NCBI RefSeq assembly: GCF_041146345.1 | Contig: NW_027191405.1 | Location: forward strand, 372,001-436,000 | Source of the DNA: Neodothiora populina | Taxonomy: Eukaryota | Direction: 5' to 3' | Length of the DNA: 64,000 nucleotides | Part shown: piece after piece, positions 33,621 through 46,627 of the stretch | Position numbering within the stretch: position 1 is the stretch's first letter | How the letters are laid out: every line of letters starts with the position of its first letter | Program-made: the position numbers and the translations under genes | The notes under the pieces: model-generated | What the model was told of the DNA's origin: nothing | The model's database searches: none | The model's input: only the letters and a program-made list of their open reading frames with translations

Positions 33621-35589
33621 TCAAATCCCTGAATCAATCTGATCCACCAGATTAGGCCGCACAAGCGAATCAGTATAACTCCACCAGTCCCTGCAAACTC
33701 CCTGAACCGCCGCAGGCACCTGGATAGCCTTGACAATCGCATCTGGATCTTCCAGAATCTGCAATGACATGCCCATGCTCAAGTGCCACGCGATATGGCA
33801 ATGGAAAGGCCACGAGCCGGGGTTGTCTTGGTTCCATTGAATGACCAGATACCCTCCCGCCTGGATGATCTGGACGTCTCGGCGCTGAGGGTTTTGCGGG
33901 TTCGTGATTGTGCCGTCCCATTGGCCTTGCCCTTCGGCTAGGACGAACATGTTGTGCCCGTGAAGATGCATAGGATGGGGGTTTGGGGATTTGTTGGTGA
34001 CAATGAAGCGCACGGATGAGTTTGTGCCGTAGTTGTGTACGTTTTGTGACGGATTGTATGTCTTGTTGCCTGATTTTGCTTCGAGTAGCGTCGGGTCGTT
34101 GTAATCTAGTATCGCGGCCACTCCGTCTATGTACCATCTGCCGTGTGTGCCTTTCGACCCTACGTTGAAAGTAATGTCGTCTGTGGTTGCGGCGTCTCCT
34201 GGCGTGATTGAATAGTAGGGAATGGTCTTTGACAAGGGACGCAGTAGTTGTTGTCGTAGTCAGTCTGAGCAGTGGAGGTGGGAAGCTTGCTGCGATCGGC
34301 TTGTGGGTAGTTGAATACTGCTTGGGCGTAGTTCGTGCCGTTGTTGGTTGCGCATGGAGAAGGTGCCACGACCCTCATCCAGTAGGAGCTGCTGGCGTCT
34401 TGGTCACCGTATACAACGACGTCCGATCTCTGGCCGACTCCCAGTGTCACGACAGTAGTGTTGTAAGGCTCGATCTCAACGTAGTCGTTTGCAATGACTT
34501 GCATATTGTGATTGTCGATCGAGAACTTCAGCGTAGCTTCAACGGACGTGTTTATCGACGGAGATGATGTTTCTTACCGCTGGTCAGGTTGAAAGTTGCC
34601 AGACCAGCGTCTTCGATGCATCCGAGTTCCGTCTTTGAACAGTCGTAGTTGTTCTTGCCATTGATCAAAACATTCTGAGAGTATGGGATTCTAGTGTTCG
34701 GGATAGGTTGCGAGAGACCCTCTACCAGATCCATGTACTAGACGAATACATTAAGTCCTTTCATTTCCAATTTGTCGAGCGGATATTTTGCTTACGTAGG
34801 TGTGGTACCAATCTGTCCCAGAGATAGGACTAAGATCAATATCATATTTGGCGTTCTGTGGTCCGTATATGACAATCGGTCCAGACATTCCAGACGCATA
34901 TTGGGAACTATAGTGGCTGTGCCACCAACTTGTGCCGTAAAGCTCAGCAGTAAAAGTATAAGTGAAGGACTTTCCGGGAGCTATAGGACATAGTGAAATA
35001 CCAGGCACGCCATCGAAAGATTGTGTGCCTTTTTGGAGGAAGCCGTGCCAGTGGAGAGCAGTTCCCTCATCTAGTTCGTTGTGCAGAGTAACTCGAATAG
35101 CTGCACAGACTATCAGCAAGAGATCAGCTCCAGGCACAGAGCAAGAATATCATTTACTGTCACCCCAATTGGCCTCTATCATCGGCCCAGGAAACTGTCC
35201 GTTCACTAAAAGCCCAGTCACATTGACGCCGTCCGGTGCAATATCTTGCTTCGTGACTGTCCAATCATAGGTACGCACGATGCCCGTCCTTGGGTAGTCT
35301 GTGTGATAATTGGTGTTTCGAGATGACTTCTTGCCCCATGGAAAGCCACCAGAGAAAGGCTGCGCTGAAGTTAGGGGGTATGTCAAGATATCGGCTCTTC
35401 GCAAAGGCTTACATTGTCTGTGAGAAATGGTGGTAGATGGGCCGCCAATTCTGTGCCCAAATTCGATAGATTACTACCAATATCGGAGTGAGAATGACCA
35501 GAGATACTGGTGAGATCAGGAAAGTTATGAACGGCGGAGCTGATGGTGCCCAGAATGCCTGCCAGCAGGTTCAGGTAAATAGGGGCCAT
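33621..35589 (-). pseudogene. Laccase / multicopper oxidase with two frameshifts; introns 35360-35412, 35101-35157, 34738-34795
   Basis: Signal peptide and all four Cu motifs (LHWHG, WHSH, HPMHLHGH, HCHIAWH). Frame breaks at about 34556 and 34240. Confidence 0.88.
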
Positions 35590-38500
35590 CTTATTCTCGT
35601 GTCAAGGAAAGTCGGTCAGAGAGAAGAACGATACCGCCAACGACCAATGAAAAAGGAGGATGAGGTGAACAATCTGAGGTTCTTTGAGCAGATTCATGAG
35701 AAGATAGTCACCTTTTGTACGCAGTGGGATAGTTGGCATGTTCTCTACTCCTATTTCTTGCCTCTCCTGTTGACATGATGGTGAAACGATACCTATGGAG
35801 CCACTGAACAGCTCTGGGCCATAGACTCGACATACTCGACTGGAGAACTTAACAATAGACAAAAGTGAGGTCAATCGCTCGACAAGTTTCAGCGGGTGTA
35901 GTGGAAACAATGGTATACACCATGGTCAAGGATGTTCGGACAGACCAGTAGCATTCTTCGAAAGTCAGTTGACTCGTGGACACAGAGTATGCCATTGAGA
36001 GAAACTGCACCTCCGTGCGCTATCGTAGTATGGTTGGGATGCCGTATATGATGGTCATGGCGGTAAAAGGTTGATGAATCGTATTGGCGAGTAGTGGTGG
36101 TATTCATTGGGCATAAAACTCATCGTGGTAAAGTTTCCCTGTTACTTTTGCATTACTAATGTAGAGTTACAGCAACTTCCATGAACAGAGAAGACCTAGT
36201 CTATGGTTCAGGAGATTGCTATACAGCGCCCGAGTTATATGGTCTATGGCGAAGACGAGTCATTGGTAACTATTGACACAATGCCCTCCGACAAACTGCT
36301 TCTACAAATAGAACTCGCCCTCGACACTGTGATTCGAATTTCAGCATGCACTAAGCTGATTCGACACATGTTGCATGTCCGACCTTTAGTCAGTACAAGA
36401 AATGCCCTGCCTCGATGCATAAAACAGGATGGAGTCGGAGGAGAGGGAGAATATCAAGCAGCCCCAGCGAGAAGAGCACGGTCCTTCATGTTTGTGTGGG
36501 GATGATCTTATCTCAAGATCTAAGATCTACAGTATCTATAAACAGGTCAGCCGGATACGAGAAGCCTCATAGATACCTTAATGATAAAGCGCATCAGAAA
36601 CAACAGAGGAAACAATTGATCTCATGTTACTATGCAGCAGCCAGCTAGCTTCACTAAATGTGTATCTTACCATCCACAATCAAGACGTTTCCTATTGCAG
36701 CCACAAGATGGCCCTCTTATGTCTACTATGTAGGGTTAGGCTTGAGTCTATACAATTGTGAAACACAATTTCAAACTTGAACAATAATTATTTTGCGTCA
36801 CATCTGCTTCACTGCCGCCTCATTGCCATAACAGCGCCGCTTACTCGTTTCTGACCATACTTTCAATAGTTCAGAAATGAAGCCAGATGCGTTGTTGCCT
36901 CCAGGGATTAGATAAGCAAGCCCTGAGTATCAGGAAGGCGCAGATGTATGTGGCTATACAAAACTTCTTGTCCATCGATAGATCACATTAATCACTATGC
37001 GGTGCTAGCATGCGACGCATGTTACACTGACTGGAACCTACACCACCCAATTGTGCGCGTTGCTCGGACTATGTCGCGCTTCTCAGGATGCCTAGGCCGC
37101 GGAGGAGGAGGAGGGAGAGGAGCAGGCACACACCACCGACTTTCTCATCTCTCAATCATCTCTTAAAAGAGGAATAAGTAGCTGGGGCTAGGCACATACC
37201 TCTGTCCCTCTTATAACACAATTGCGAGATGGCTTGCGATTGAGCCTGCGCGCTGTGTCTGCTTACGGCTCCGTCCTGCCCGGTCCTTCCCTATTGTCTG
37301 TCTTTGTTTTGGCCTACAGAGCCACTTCGGCACTCCTTGCACATGTGCGTTGGTGGAGAGTTCTAAGTCCGGCGGTGGGGGAGGCCATATAGTGCTCTTT
37401 CACGCACCTTCCTTCGCTCAAACCCAGCTGACTTTCACTGCAATCTAATGATAGACAGCTTCATAGCGAGATTGTCTATTACAGAGTGCAGGACCATTGA
37501 GGCTGATCGAGCTTACTTCTTAGGTCCTTGCTCTTGATCTCAGCGTACGCTGAGGACTTGTGAAGTACCACTGCTCCTCTCTCCCTTGGGTCCTGAGGGA
37601 CAGGTAAGTACACCTGGCGAGCTTTGAAAGATTTCCCCAAATACAAACCCTCTCCCTTCTTAACCATTACTGCATCTGTTCGTCAAAGTGGGAGAGCAGA
37701 GTCGAGTTTTTCTAATGACCTTTTAGAAGACTAACACAGAGGAGATCCCAACATGCAGTCACAGCTACACACTATAGCTGCTCTCAAAGTCTGTATAGAC
37801 AGAATATATGCTTCTAGGGGGTGTCAGCTATCCTTACCTGCTTTTTGTAAAAAATGGAGAGAAGAGGGAAGAGGTGTTGTGTGCCTGTGTGTGTCTTGTG
37901 GCTCTAAGAGCTTATGTGCACCCTTCACATCACTAGCACACATACCCCACTACTCGTAGAAGTTCCAGTTACATGGGGTACATACAGGACAAAAAGCCTC
38001 CTGTCGAATCATTCATATGACTAGGAATAGTGTTCAGCTGACTTGACTGGATCCCATCTAGCGAGATAGAGAGGCTGGTCCAAAGTGAGGCTATTTACAT
38101 GCAACAGGTGTGGAGGATAGATTACTGCAAGAAGTCGCATAGCAGCGCTTCCTAAGGGCAGTATATGAGCTTGTCCATAGTACTTCCTAACGCTCCTAAC
38201 AATGGACCCGTCTGCGACGCCTGCTACACAGATTGGAGGAGAGGAGTTCGGACTTTTTTGAAAAGAGCCGAGGAAATGCACGACAAGAGGGAGACACAAG
38301 AACCAGGCTAACTCACAGATTTTGGGGCTTTTGGCCTCGATCTCGGCTTTTTTAGGTTGGAGATAAAAGACTGCGACTGGCTTCAGCTGCATATTCATAT
38401 TCTTATGATCATTGAGAGAAGGGGAGGAAGAAGGAGACTGAGAGGTGGATTAGTCGTTAGCCTGCTCATTTGTCTTTTGCGCCGCTGCTGCTGCGACTTG

Positions 38501-40286
38501 CTGGATGACTGTGGTGGTCAGGTCGAGATATCCTGGATACTAGTATTCGCAGACTGCTCAGGACATCCTGAAATCTCAGGATCATATGTAGATACGAGCC
38601 GTGAACACTAATGTCAGCCTGTCATGATGACCTAGGAGAATAGACTCTCGGTGCTCCAGGTCAGGAAGCATTGCTTCAGCATGACTGCTGCAGCCTGCCT
38701 GTAACCATGAGCGACAGCGTTGTACAGCTTCGTCTGTTTCACAGACATTATTTTCAGCCTGAGCTCTCAGCCTGGAGCAAAAGCTGTTCGAATCTCCTGG
38801 TCCAGTAAGCATCAAGTGCCCTGACATTGCTTGACTTTTGTTGTTATTCCACAGGGCTACAGCCTCCTGCAGCCACTTCTAGTCTTGTCTCTTTGCAATT
38901 GTGCCTGTGCAGCTGGCCTTGGTGACAAGTCAGGATGGTTCATAGTTGTTCGGCTCGCATAGTAGCCATTCCAACTTACGAGCATAGTGTATTGATGGGT
39001 TGACTCCAGCTCGACTCCACAGTGCACCTCTTCAACCAGCTCAGTGCTGAGCATTACAGGTCTAATTGCGACTGAACCAGGTATTAGCAAGGAGGAAGTA
39101 CAGGTGAGGAGAGATGGAGAAACACAGAACCAGCGAATCTCCATGTGAAATCAAGTGTCTTGAGCAAAGTAAAGCAAACAAGGTACCAAAAGATTCCTCT
39201 ATAAATCAATCCAACATCTCATCTTTTCGGATTCTAGACTTCTTTTCATCTTCTTTAATCTGGTACATAAAACATTTAAGATGGCACCTCGGTTTATTTT
39301 TACATGACTCCCCTAGTCCAACACATGATATTAGAAAGCGCTAATGAAGAAGCATTCTAGATCTCTCCCCCAGTCCTGAAGAAGAAGGGTCTGACAAGAA
39401 ACAGACGGGCTCGTGACATGCCTCTGCTGTTCATCTCTCAAGCATAGCTCTTAGTGACGATTAGATAGCGGACGGGATGCACATGGCTCTGTCCTTTGGT
39501 AGCAGGAGATCGAGATGACCTTGAGGAGCCTGCATGTGCCTGTTCATCGAGCCTAGCGGTCCTATTCTTATAGCATCAAGGAGCTTTCCTTACTATGCCC
39601 ACACATATACACCTTATCCATAACCCACCATTCTTTCCTCTGTAAAGCTCAAGATACAACGAAGACCGAACGGCTCACGCGCTCGAGAAAGTGGTTACAG
39701 AAAAGGAGCAACACATCACACGTGCACACGCCAGACTGAGGTGGTCGAGAAAATTCCGAATTCGCCATCTGTCGTGATATATAAACGGAGTCATAGTCAC
39801 TCAGTCTATGGCATGATTTTGACTAAGCCTTTCCCGCACTCCTATTGGTCTTCTTATAGATCTTTAGGCATAGGAAAAGAAAATCGTCGCCGATCAGGAG
39901 TCGGAAAAAAGCGGAAAAGTCCCCAACAAGATGCCCCTCAATCTATGGGCAGCGACATCGCGCGGCGGAAAAGCTTGTCGAATTGCTCAATGCGGTAACG
40001 TCATGAGATTCTCCGCCCAATGGACTCGGTGACTGACTGTGTTTCTCGGCCTATCTTGGTCGGAGATGCGATGCATGCATGCACCCTTTTTCTCGATAGT
40101 GTGACTGTCAAAAGTACTTGTATGAAGTCTCTCGCTCTGTTTGATGTGTTTTTCCTTTGCATACTGTATATCCTGAGATCTTCTTGCCTGGACGATCTTT
40201 CTCCTGCATGAACACCTTGTTCATACCACACAGTCAGAAATTCCAATGCGCTCGTGGTGGCAAAACAAATACACAGGGAAAGTATA

Positions 40287-41843
40287 ATGGACGGAAAAAG
40301 CAATCCCCTCCCGGCTCCGCCACAAGCTGTGTATCAGCCCAGTGTGGAGCAAATACCAGAACCATACGAAGAGGATCACGACTTGGACCTCGAGAAACAA
40401 CAGATTAATGTACAAGATAAGAATGAATTGACGCAAGTCCCTACACATGCATCTACGCATGACATTGCTCATGTACCATACCGAGAAGCCGGCGACGAGG
40501 TATACGACAAATTCACCCCTCAGAGAAAAGTCGGCATCGTCGCTGTATTGGCCTACTGCAGTTTCCTGGCTCCCATGGCTTCGACGACTGTTCTCGCCGC
40601 TGTGCCAGAGGTTGCTGCGACATATAATACTACCGGAACCATCATCAACGCCAGTAATGCCCTCTATATGCTTTTCATGGGTCTTTCGCCGATGTTCTGG
40701 GGACCAATGGGCCAAGTTTATGGACGTCGTTGGACGCAAATATATTCTGCTATCCTTTTCTTCGCCTTCAGCATCGGATCGGCTTTGGCTCCTAATCTTG
40801 CATCTTTCTTCATTTTCCGCATCTTGACGGCATTTCAAGGCACGAGTTTCTTGATCATCGGCAGTAGCTGCATTGGCGACATTTACGTGCCGACGGATCG
40901 TGCCACAGCATTGAGTTGGTTCTTTAGTGGAACCCTCATTGGACCCGCGTTTGGACCTTTCATCGGTGGTGTTATCGTCACTTTCAGAACGTGGCGAGAC
41001 ATCTTCTGGTTGCAGACTGCTCTGGCTGGTCTTGCGGCGATCCTTTGTTTCTTCTTGCTACCAGAGACCATCCACTACAAGCGCTCCGTCGAGCTCGAGG
41101 GCCTCACCTTCAAACAGCAAACCAAAAGCCTCTGGAGCTGGACCAACCCCATGCGTGTGGTCAAACTTTACCGCTACCCTAATCTCCTATTTGTGGGTCT
41201 TGCTTCCAGTTCACTTGTCTGGAACATGTACTCCTTGCTCACTCCGATCCGCTACGTTCTGAACCCGCGTTTCCACCTCACAAGCCCAATATTGTCTGGA
41301 CTCTTCTATATTGCTCCCGGATGCGGTTATCTACTGGGAACCTTTTTCGGTGGGCGCTGGGCAGATTACACCGTGCGCAAGTGGATTGGCAAACGCAATG
41401 GCCAACGCGTACCCGAAGATCGCTTGAAATCATGTCTGCCGTTCCTTGGTATCGTAATACCAGCGTGCATGTTGATCTACGGATGGAGCATCGAAAAGGA
41501 AGCTGGAGGTATCCCGTTGCCAGTCATCGTCATGTTCCTGCAAGGTGTAGCGCAACTTTTCTGCTTTCCGTCCCTCAACACATACTGTCTAGACGTCATG
41601 CAAGGCCGCTCGTCCGAGGTTGTCGCCGGCAACTACATGCTGCGATACATCTTCGCCGCAGCAGGATCGGCTGCTTGTTTACCGGCTGTAGAGGCTATTG
41701 GAATCGGTTGGTTCAGCACCATCAGTTCTTTCTTCTTGATCGCGTCGGCGGGCATGACGTGGGCTGTCACAATCTGGGGCCAGGGCTGGAGAGAGACTAT
41801 CCTCCAAGCTAAAGCCGACAAGGGCAAGACCGAGGAGCAGTGA
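40287..41843 (+). CDS. MFS multidrug transporter, DHA1 family (Qdr/Dtr1-like), intronless
   Basis: About 12 hydrophobic segments. WGPMGQVYGRR motif A, GPAFGPFIGG motif C, LPET and PEDRL. Confidence 0.92.
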   Translation: MDGKSNPLPAPPQAVYQPSVEQIPEPYEEDHDLDLEKQQINVQDKNELTQVPTHASTHDIAHVPYREAGDEVYDKFTPQRKVGIVAVLAYCSFLAPMASTTVLAAVPEVAATYNTTGTIINASNALYMLFMGLSPMFWGPMGQVYGRRWTQIYSAILFFAFSIGSALAPNLASFFIFRILTAFQGTSFLIIGSSCIGDIYVPTDRATALSWFFSGTLIGPAFGPFIGGVIVTFRTWRDIFWLQTALAGLAAILCFFLLPETIHYKRSVELEGLTFKQQTKSLWSWTNPMRVVKLYRYPNLLFVGLASSSLVWNMYSLLTPIRYVLNPRFHLTSPILSGLFYIAPGCGYLLGTFFGGRWADYTVRKWIGKRNGQRVPEDRLKSCLPFLGIVIPACMLIYGWSIEKEAGGIPLPVIVMFLQGVAQLFCFPSLNTYCLDVMQGRSSEVVAGNYMLRYIFAAAGSAACLPAVEAIGIGWFSTISSFFLIASAGMTWAVTIWGQGWRETILQAKADKGKTEEQ

Positions 41844-42392
41844 GCGGAAGACCGAGTTTTCACGAGACCAAGATGCAAAATTTTGATCCAATGTCTTGAG
41901 GACTTTTAGTTAACACGACAAAATTGGAGATGGCGGTCATAGGCTGGGGTATCATTCGATTTTTTCTCCCGTCACTGGGATGACAACAGATACCATTGCG
42001 CTGATTTAGCATTTCGAGTCTAACAATGATAGATGGACTCACGGTAATAAATGATAATAATCTACTCACTGTGCATTCATTTACGCTTCACCGTCCACAC
42101 ACTCATGCTCCACTGTCCACTCTATCACGCATCACTGTCCAGTCGGTGGTTCTTTGCTGTTTACTCAATGAGGCTTTAGTGATCATTGATTAAAGTGTTA
42201 GGACCCTTTCATTTATTCTTCATCTTCAATTTAATAAGCTGGTGCTGGAGGATACGTCCATGAACCAGCGCTGCGCCCCACAGGACAACAAGCAGGCTCA
42301 CGACAACATATGTGATCTTCTCCCAAATATATGAGTGTGGGAGGTATAGATACGTGACATGAGGCAGAGGGAGATATGCTTCTCATATACAA

Positions 42393-42632
42393 CTATTGAG
42401 ATCGAGCTGTTCTTCTACGCGTGCCTGCCTGTTTCCTGTGTCTCCCTGCTCTAGCACCCTTTTGAACGCCTGGAGTGTCAGGCTCATCATCGAAGATGCT
42501 TCTCTTCGGGACAGGTTCAGACCCTTCTTCTGCCTCAGGATCAGTAGAGACATCTAAGTTGCTCCTGATTTCGCGCTTTCTACTATGTTGTGTTGGACTT
42601 GGGGAGTCCGGAAATAAAGACCGAGGGGCCAT
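42393..42632 (-). CDS. Hypothetical 79-aa low-complexity orphan
   Basis: ATG in acaATGG context with a basic C-terminus. No domain recognised. Confidence 0.2.
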   Translation of the reverse strand: MAPRSLFPDSPSPTQHSRKREIRSNLDVSTDPEAEEGSEPVPKRSIFDDEPDTPGVQKGARAGRHRKQAGTRRRTARSQ

Positions 42633-43378
42633 TGTAAAAGTAGATGTAAGGATGAAAAGAAGTTAAGATTCTAAAGGGTGCTGTTCTTGCTGGCGACAGC
42701 AAAGTGAAGGTAACAGAATACAATGCCCTAAATGAATCGACTACGAGAACAAGATCTGATTCAAGATGAGGTTTAATTTAGTAAGGCTGCAAACTCGAAG
42801 TGAATATAATGTGACGAGATTTCTTGTTACTTTAGCTCACTCCTGTCAGAACTATTGTCCTTTCTTCCTATGGCCTTCTTGACCTCCAACGAAAGCGTTC
42901 TAGATGTAATGACCGCAGCACTGTGCTGTACAGCGTTGGACTTGACGGCGTTTGCCATGCAGTTTTCGGATGTGTCTTTCATTTCGGTAGTTGATGCTTC
43001 GATATACTGTATACGGCTTTGGGTTCGTCGACTGACAGGACTAAATCGTCGGGCAAAACCTTCCTATACCGGGACCGGCGCCCATTACCCCACAACCGCG
43101 GCTATCTGTACATGATCCCCTTCACATGTGTTTCTGTTCCTCAGCGCGTCTGTACATATTTTAACTCGATGTAGCACCTCTCGCCTCCCCGCCATCTCCC
43201 TCGGCGTACTGTATCTGTCCTGTTCCACTCACCACCTGCTGTCGCGTTATTTTCTTTTCTTTATGTCTGAATGATCCTCTGTGTATATCTTACGACATAT
43301 AAACGATTCACATCTGATATAATCTCCGAGTGGTTCTGCGGGCAGATCCTCCCGACATAGTAATTCCAGCGGTCAGAG

Positions 43379-44596
43379 ATGGCGGACTCGGTAGGTAGGC
43401 GATAACCCAAACATCTCCTTGCGTATACTATGTTTTTCTGTCCCATCGTTCAGGATAATGCATCTTTTCTATCGTGATCCATACTCATCATGACCACAAT
43501 CACAGACCGCGTCTTCGGACACGCCCTCAACACCGTCAACAAGATCCGGACCGGCTCCCAGAAGCCCCCTGTAAGCGAGCGATTGAAGCTCTATGGCCTC
43601 TACAAACAAGCTATGGAGGGTGATGTCGAGTACATCCAGCCGCGACCGTCTTCCGCTCAACCCGCCGGAGCTTCTTCGACCACCATAATTTCGGCCAGCG
43701 ATATCCGACGAGAACAGGACAAATGGGACGCCTGGCACGCCCATGCCGGACTCTCGCGCACCGCGGCCAAGAAAGCATACATCGAAACCCTCATAAGCAC
43801 CATGCACACATACGCATCCGCGACCCCAGAAGCCAGGGAACTGGTGGCGGAGCTCGAGTTCGTCTGGGATCAAGTACGGGACAACTCGAACCCGGCGAGC
43901 GGAGGCAGCGATAGAAGCAGTCCGGTGCAACAGCATGGCTCTTATCCTGGTCTCGGCGTAAGCACATCGGCAGCCGGAGGCGAGAATCTCGGAGGAGGTA
44001 CACCGCCATCACAACGGAGCCAACAGCAGCAGCAACAGGACCAACCGTTAAGGATCCTGAGCCCAGTCAGTCAAGGCACGCAAGAGGATGATCAAGAGCG
44101 CGAAGATGAGGAATTCGTCGACGCGCCAGCCTATTCGCAATACGAGGGCGAGGATCAAGAGGGAGACTCGGAACATCACGTCATGGGCGGTGCGAGAGAC
44201 GGATATGGAGCCGTCGTCGAAGACATTCCGCCAGAAAGGCCGCGCCCGCGCCGTCGACCCTCGGGCGACTCACATTGGCGGAAGCGCATCGAGTCGGCGT
44301 TGGTAAAGGTATCGACCGAAGTCGCCGCTCTGCGAGAGCAGCTCGAGTCACGAAGCTACGTCGCCCAGAAAAGGCGACACTCGATCCTCGGATGGATTCT
44401 GCGCCTTTCATGGTTCTTTGTGCGTCTGCTGGTCGTCGACGTCTTTGTCTTGTGGCTTGTTATTCTCTGGCTGCGGCGAAGGAAGGACAGGCGACTTGAA
44501 GGCGCCGTGAGGGTGCTGCTCGGCGACGCTGTGGCTCAGATGCAGAAAGTCGGCAGTAACATGAAGGTGCCCAAGTTGCCGAGTAGGAAGAGCTGA
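43379..44596 (+). CDS. Acyl-CoA-binding-domain membrane protein (ACBD5/Atg37-like); intron 43395-43505
   Basis: A micro-exon gives MADSV|DRVFGHALNTV. ACBP motifs LYGLYKQAMEGD and KWDAW, then a coiled coil and C-terminal TM. Confidence 0.88.
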
Positions 44597-44905
44597 AGAG
44601 AAATTCGTTCTTTAACACTTCACTTTCGAAATGTACATATCACTTTACGTCTTCGCAGCCAAAACACGTGAGACTTTAGCAACAATCATAGTGACCGAGA
44701 TGTCCAAAGCACGACTGAACAGAGAGTAAATAATCCCTGGATGGAGACTGAACAGAAGATGGAAATCGAATGAATAAAGGTGAGAGACAATTGGATGAAA
44801 GGTGAGGAACAATTGAATCAGATTGAAGGACGTCTGAAGGAAATTGTATCCTTTTTGTCAATCTGCTGCATTGATATCTACGATGATTCTGCTCACAGGC
44901 ACGCC

Positions 44906-46059
44906 TCAATCTTCCTTGAACGGGCACCCCTTGGCGCTGCTCTCACTTCTCGTCTTTTGCTCCACAACCTCCGAAGTCAGCTTCATCAGTCTCTCTGCCA
45001 ACGCCATGTCGTTGGCCTTGTCACTGCCCTTCTCGATGACCTTTGGTGGTGCAATGTACTGGCCGCCCTTTTCGGCCATCGTAGCCGCGTACATGGCGCT
45101 CACGCATCCTTGGAACTGTGACTTGCGGAACGGCTTCAGCAATGTCGACATTCCGTATCCCAACAGAGGATATGCCTCATGGATATATTCGTTCGTCTGC
45201 GCTGTGTCCACAATACCAGGGTGAACGGCATTCACAATAATGTTGGGGTGTGAGGGACTGAGGTGCTTGTTCAACCACTTGGAGTAAAGCAAGGTGGCAA
45301 GCTTGCTACGTCCATATTGTGCATTAGGGCCATAGTCCTTGTTCAACTCCTCGATGGAAGCAAATTCTGTGTCTGAGGGGGCGTTCTCATGGAGACTGGA
45401 TGCCAAATTGACGACTCGAACCGTGTTTCCAGCGTCTGCTGTTTTCTTTAGAGTTGGTAACAAGTGTGATGTCAAGACCACATGTCCCACGCTAGAAGTT
45501 CTTCAGCAAAACCACATACAAGTCCAAGATAGATTGACAACATACTGGTTAGTTGCCATGTGTTGATCGATGCCATTGGTTGGGGCCAATTGTCTTGTCA
45601 TTATACCTCTTCCAGCATTGTTGATGAGAATGTCAATCTTATCGGTCTGCTCTGCAATCTCACTGGCGACCTTGGCGGTTTGCGTCCAGTCAGACAGATC
45701 ACACTGCATCCAGATGAACTTTTTAGCCTTGTCTTCGCCGAACTCGTCGGCAATGGCCTTGATGGCATCGTCTGCGACTTCCTTACGGAGAGATGTGACC
45801 TGTTCAAAGTGAGCACAACTGAAGCCATGAAACCATGGAACAATAAGAATTGGAAGTTACGTACGAACAATTTGTCGATATTCTTTGACAACAAGGTATG
45901 GGTACAGCCAAAACCAATGCCTTCGCTACCTCCAGTCACAACAGCGGTTTTGCCAGCAAGATCGGGGACCTGCTCAAGGCCGAAGTAATCTTCCTTGTTC
46001 ACCACGCTGTGGGATGGTCCGCCAAAGTTCTCGGCAATGCTTTTCTGAATAGCCTCCAT
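44906..46059 (-). CDS. Short-chain dehydrogenase/reductase (retinol-DH/WWOX-like); introns 45800-45864, 45492-45545
   Basis: TGGSEGIG, INNAG, YGRSK and VHPGIVDT motifs after splicing. Confidence 0.92.
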
Positions 46060-46627
46060 TTTGAATCGTGATATCTTTTATTGTGGTATAAATCTTTGCA
46101 ATAACCCGTGCTGTGATCAAGGATAGATGGTGAGTTTAACTCGAAGATATCTTGAAGTCCGAGACTCAAGTCATGATGTCAGACAACGGAGCCTAGGAAT
46201 AGTCGTTGGTACCGATGGAATGGTCTGCAGCAGAAGCATACTGGGTTAATAGTTACAAACGAGCTCTTATTCAGTGAATGCCCATCTACTGGAGGGTCAT
46301 TGAACCATTCCTCAGTGTATCGAGCAGTATTCATTGGCGATTTATCAAGAAATCATTAACCATCCATTGAGGACTTATTGACTATTCATTGCGGAGTCAA
46401 TGACCAAAAACCCGTAGGTAGCGTGTTTATTTGAGATACAGTCATGCGGTCATCATAGATCTTCATTGGGTAATTCCAAGATCCGTCTGGGGTAGAGCGA
46501 TCTTATCTGCAAGAGCCGGAAGATCTAATCTCTCGGCATAGATCGATTACTTCATTTCGACGAGACAGCCTCGGCAATGGCTACTCGGCATGATGAAGGA
46601 CTTGTAGGGTGCGTTCGACCAAGGCAC

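Noticed and set aside
34227..34240. 14-nt GT...AG segment whose removal would repair the second laccase frameshift
   Set aside because: Too short for a spliceosomal intron in ascomycetes, has no branch site, and would not fix the upstream frameshift.
36731..36740. TAGGGTTAGG telomere-like 10-mer
   Set aside because: Isolated, with no array and no recognisable telomerase RNA structure nearby.
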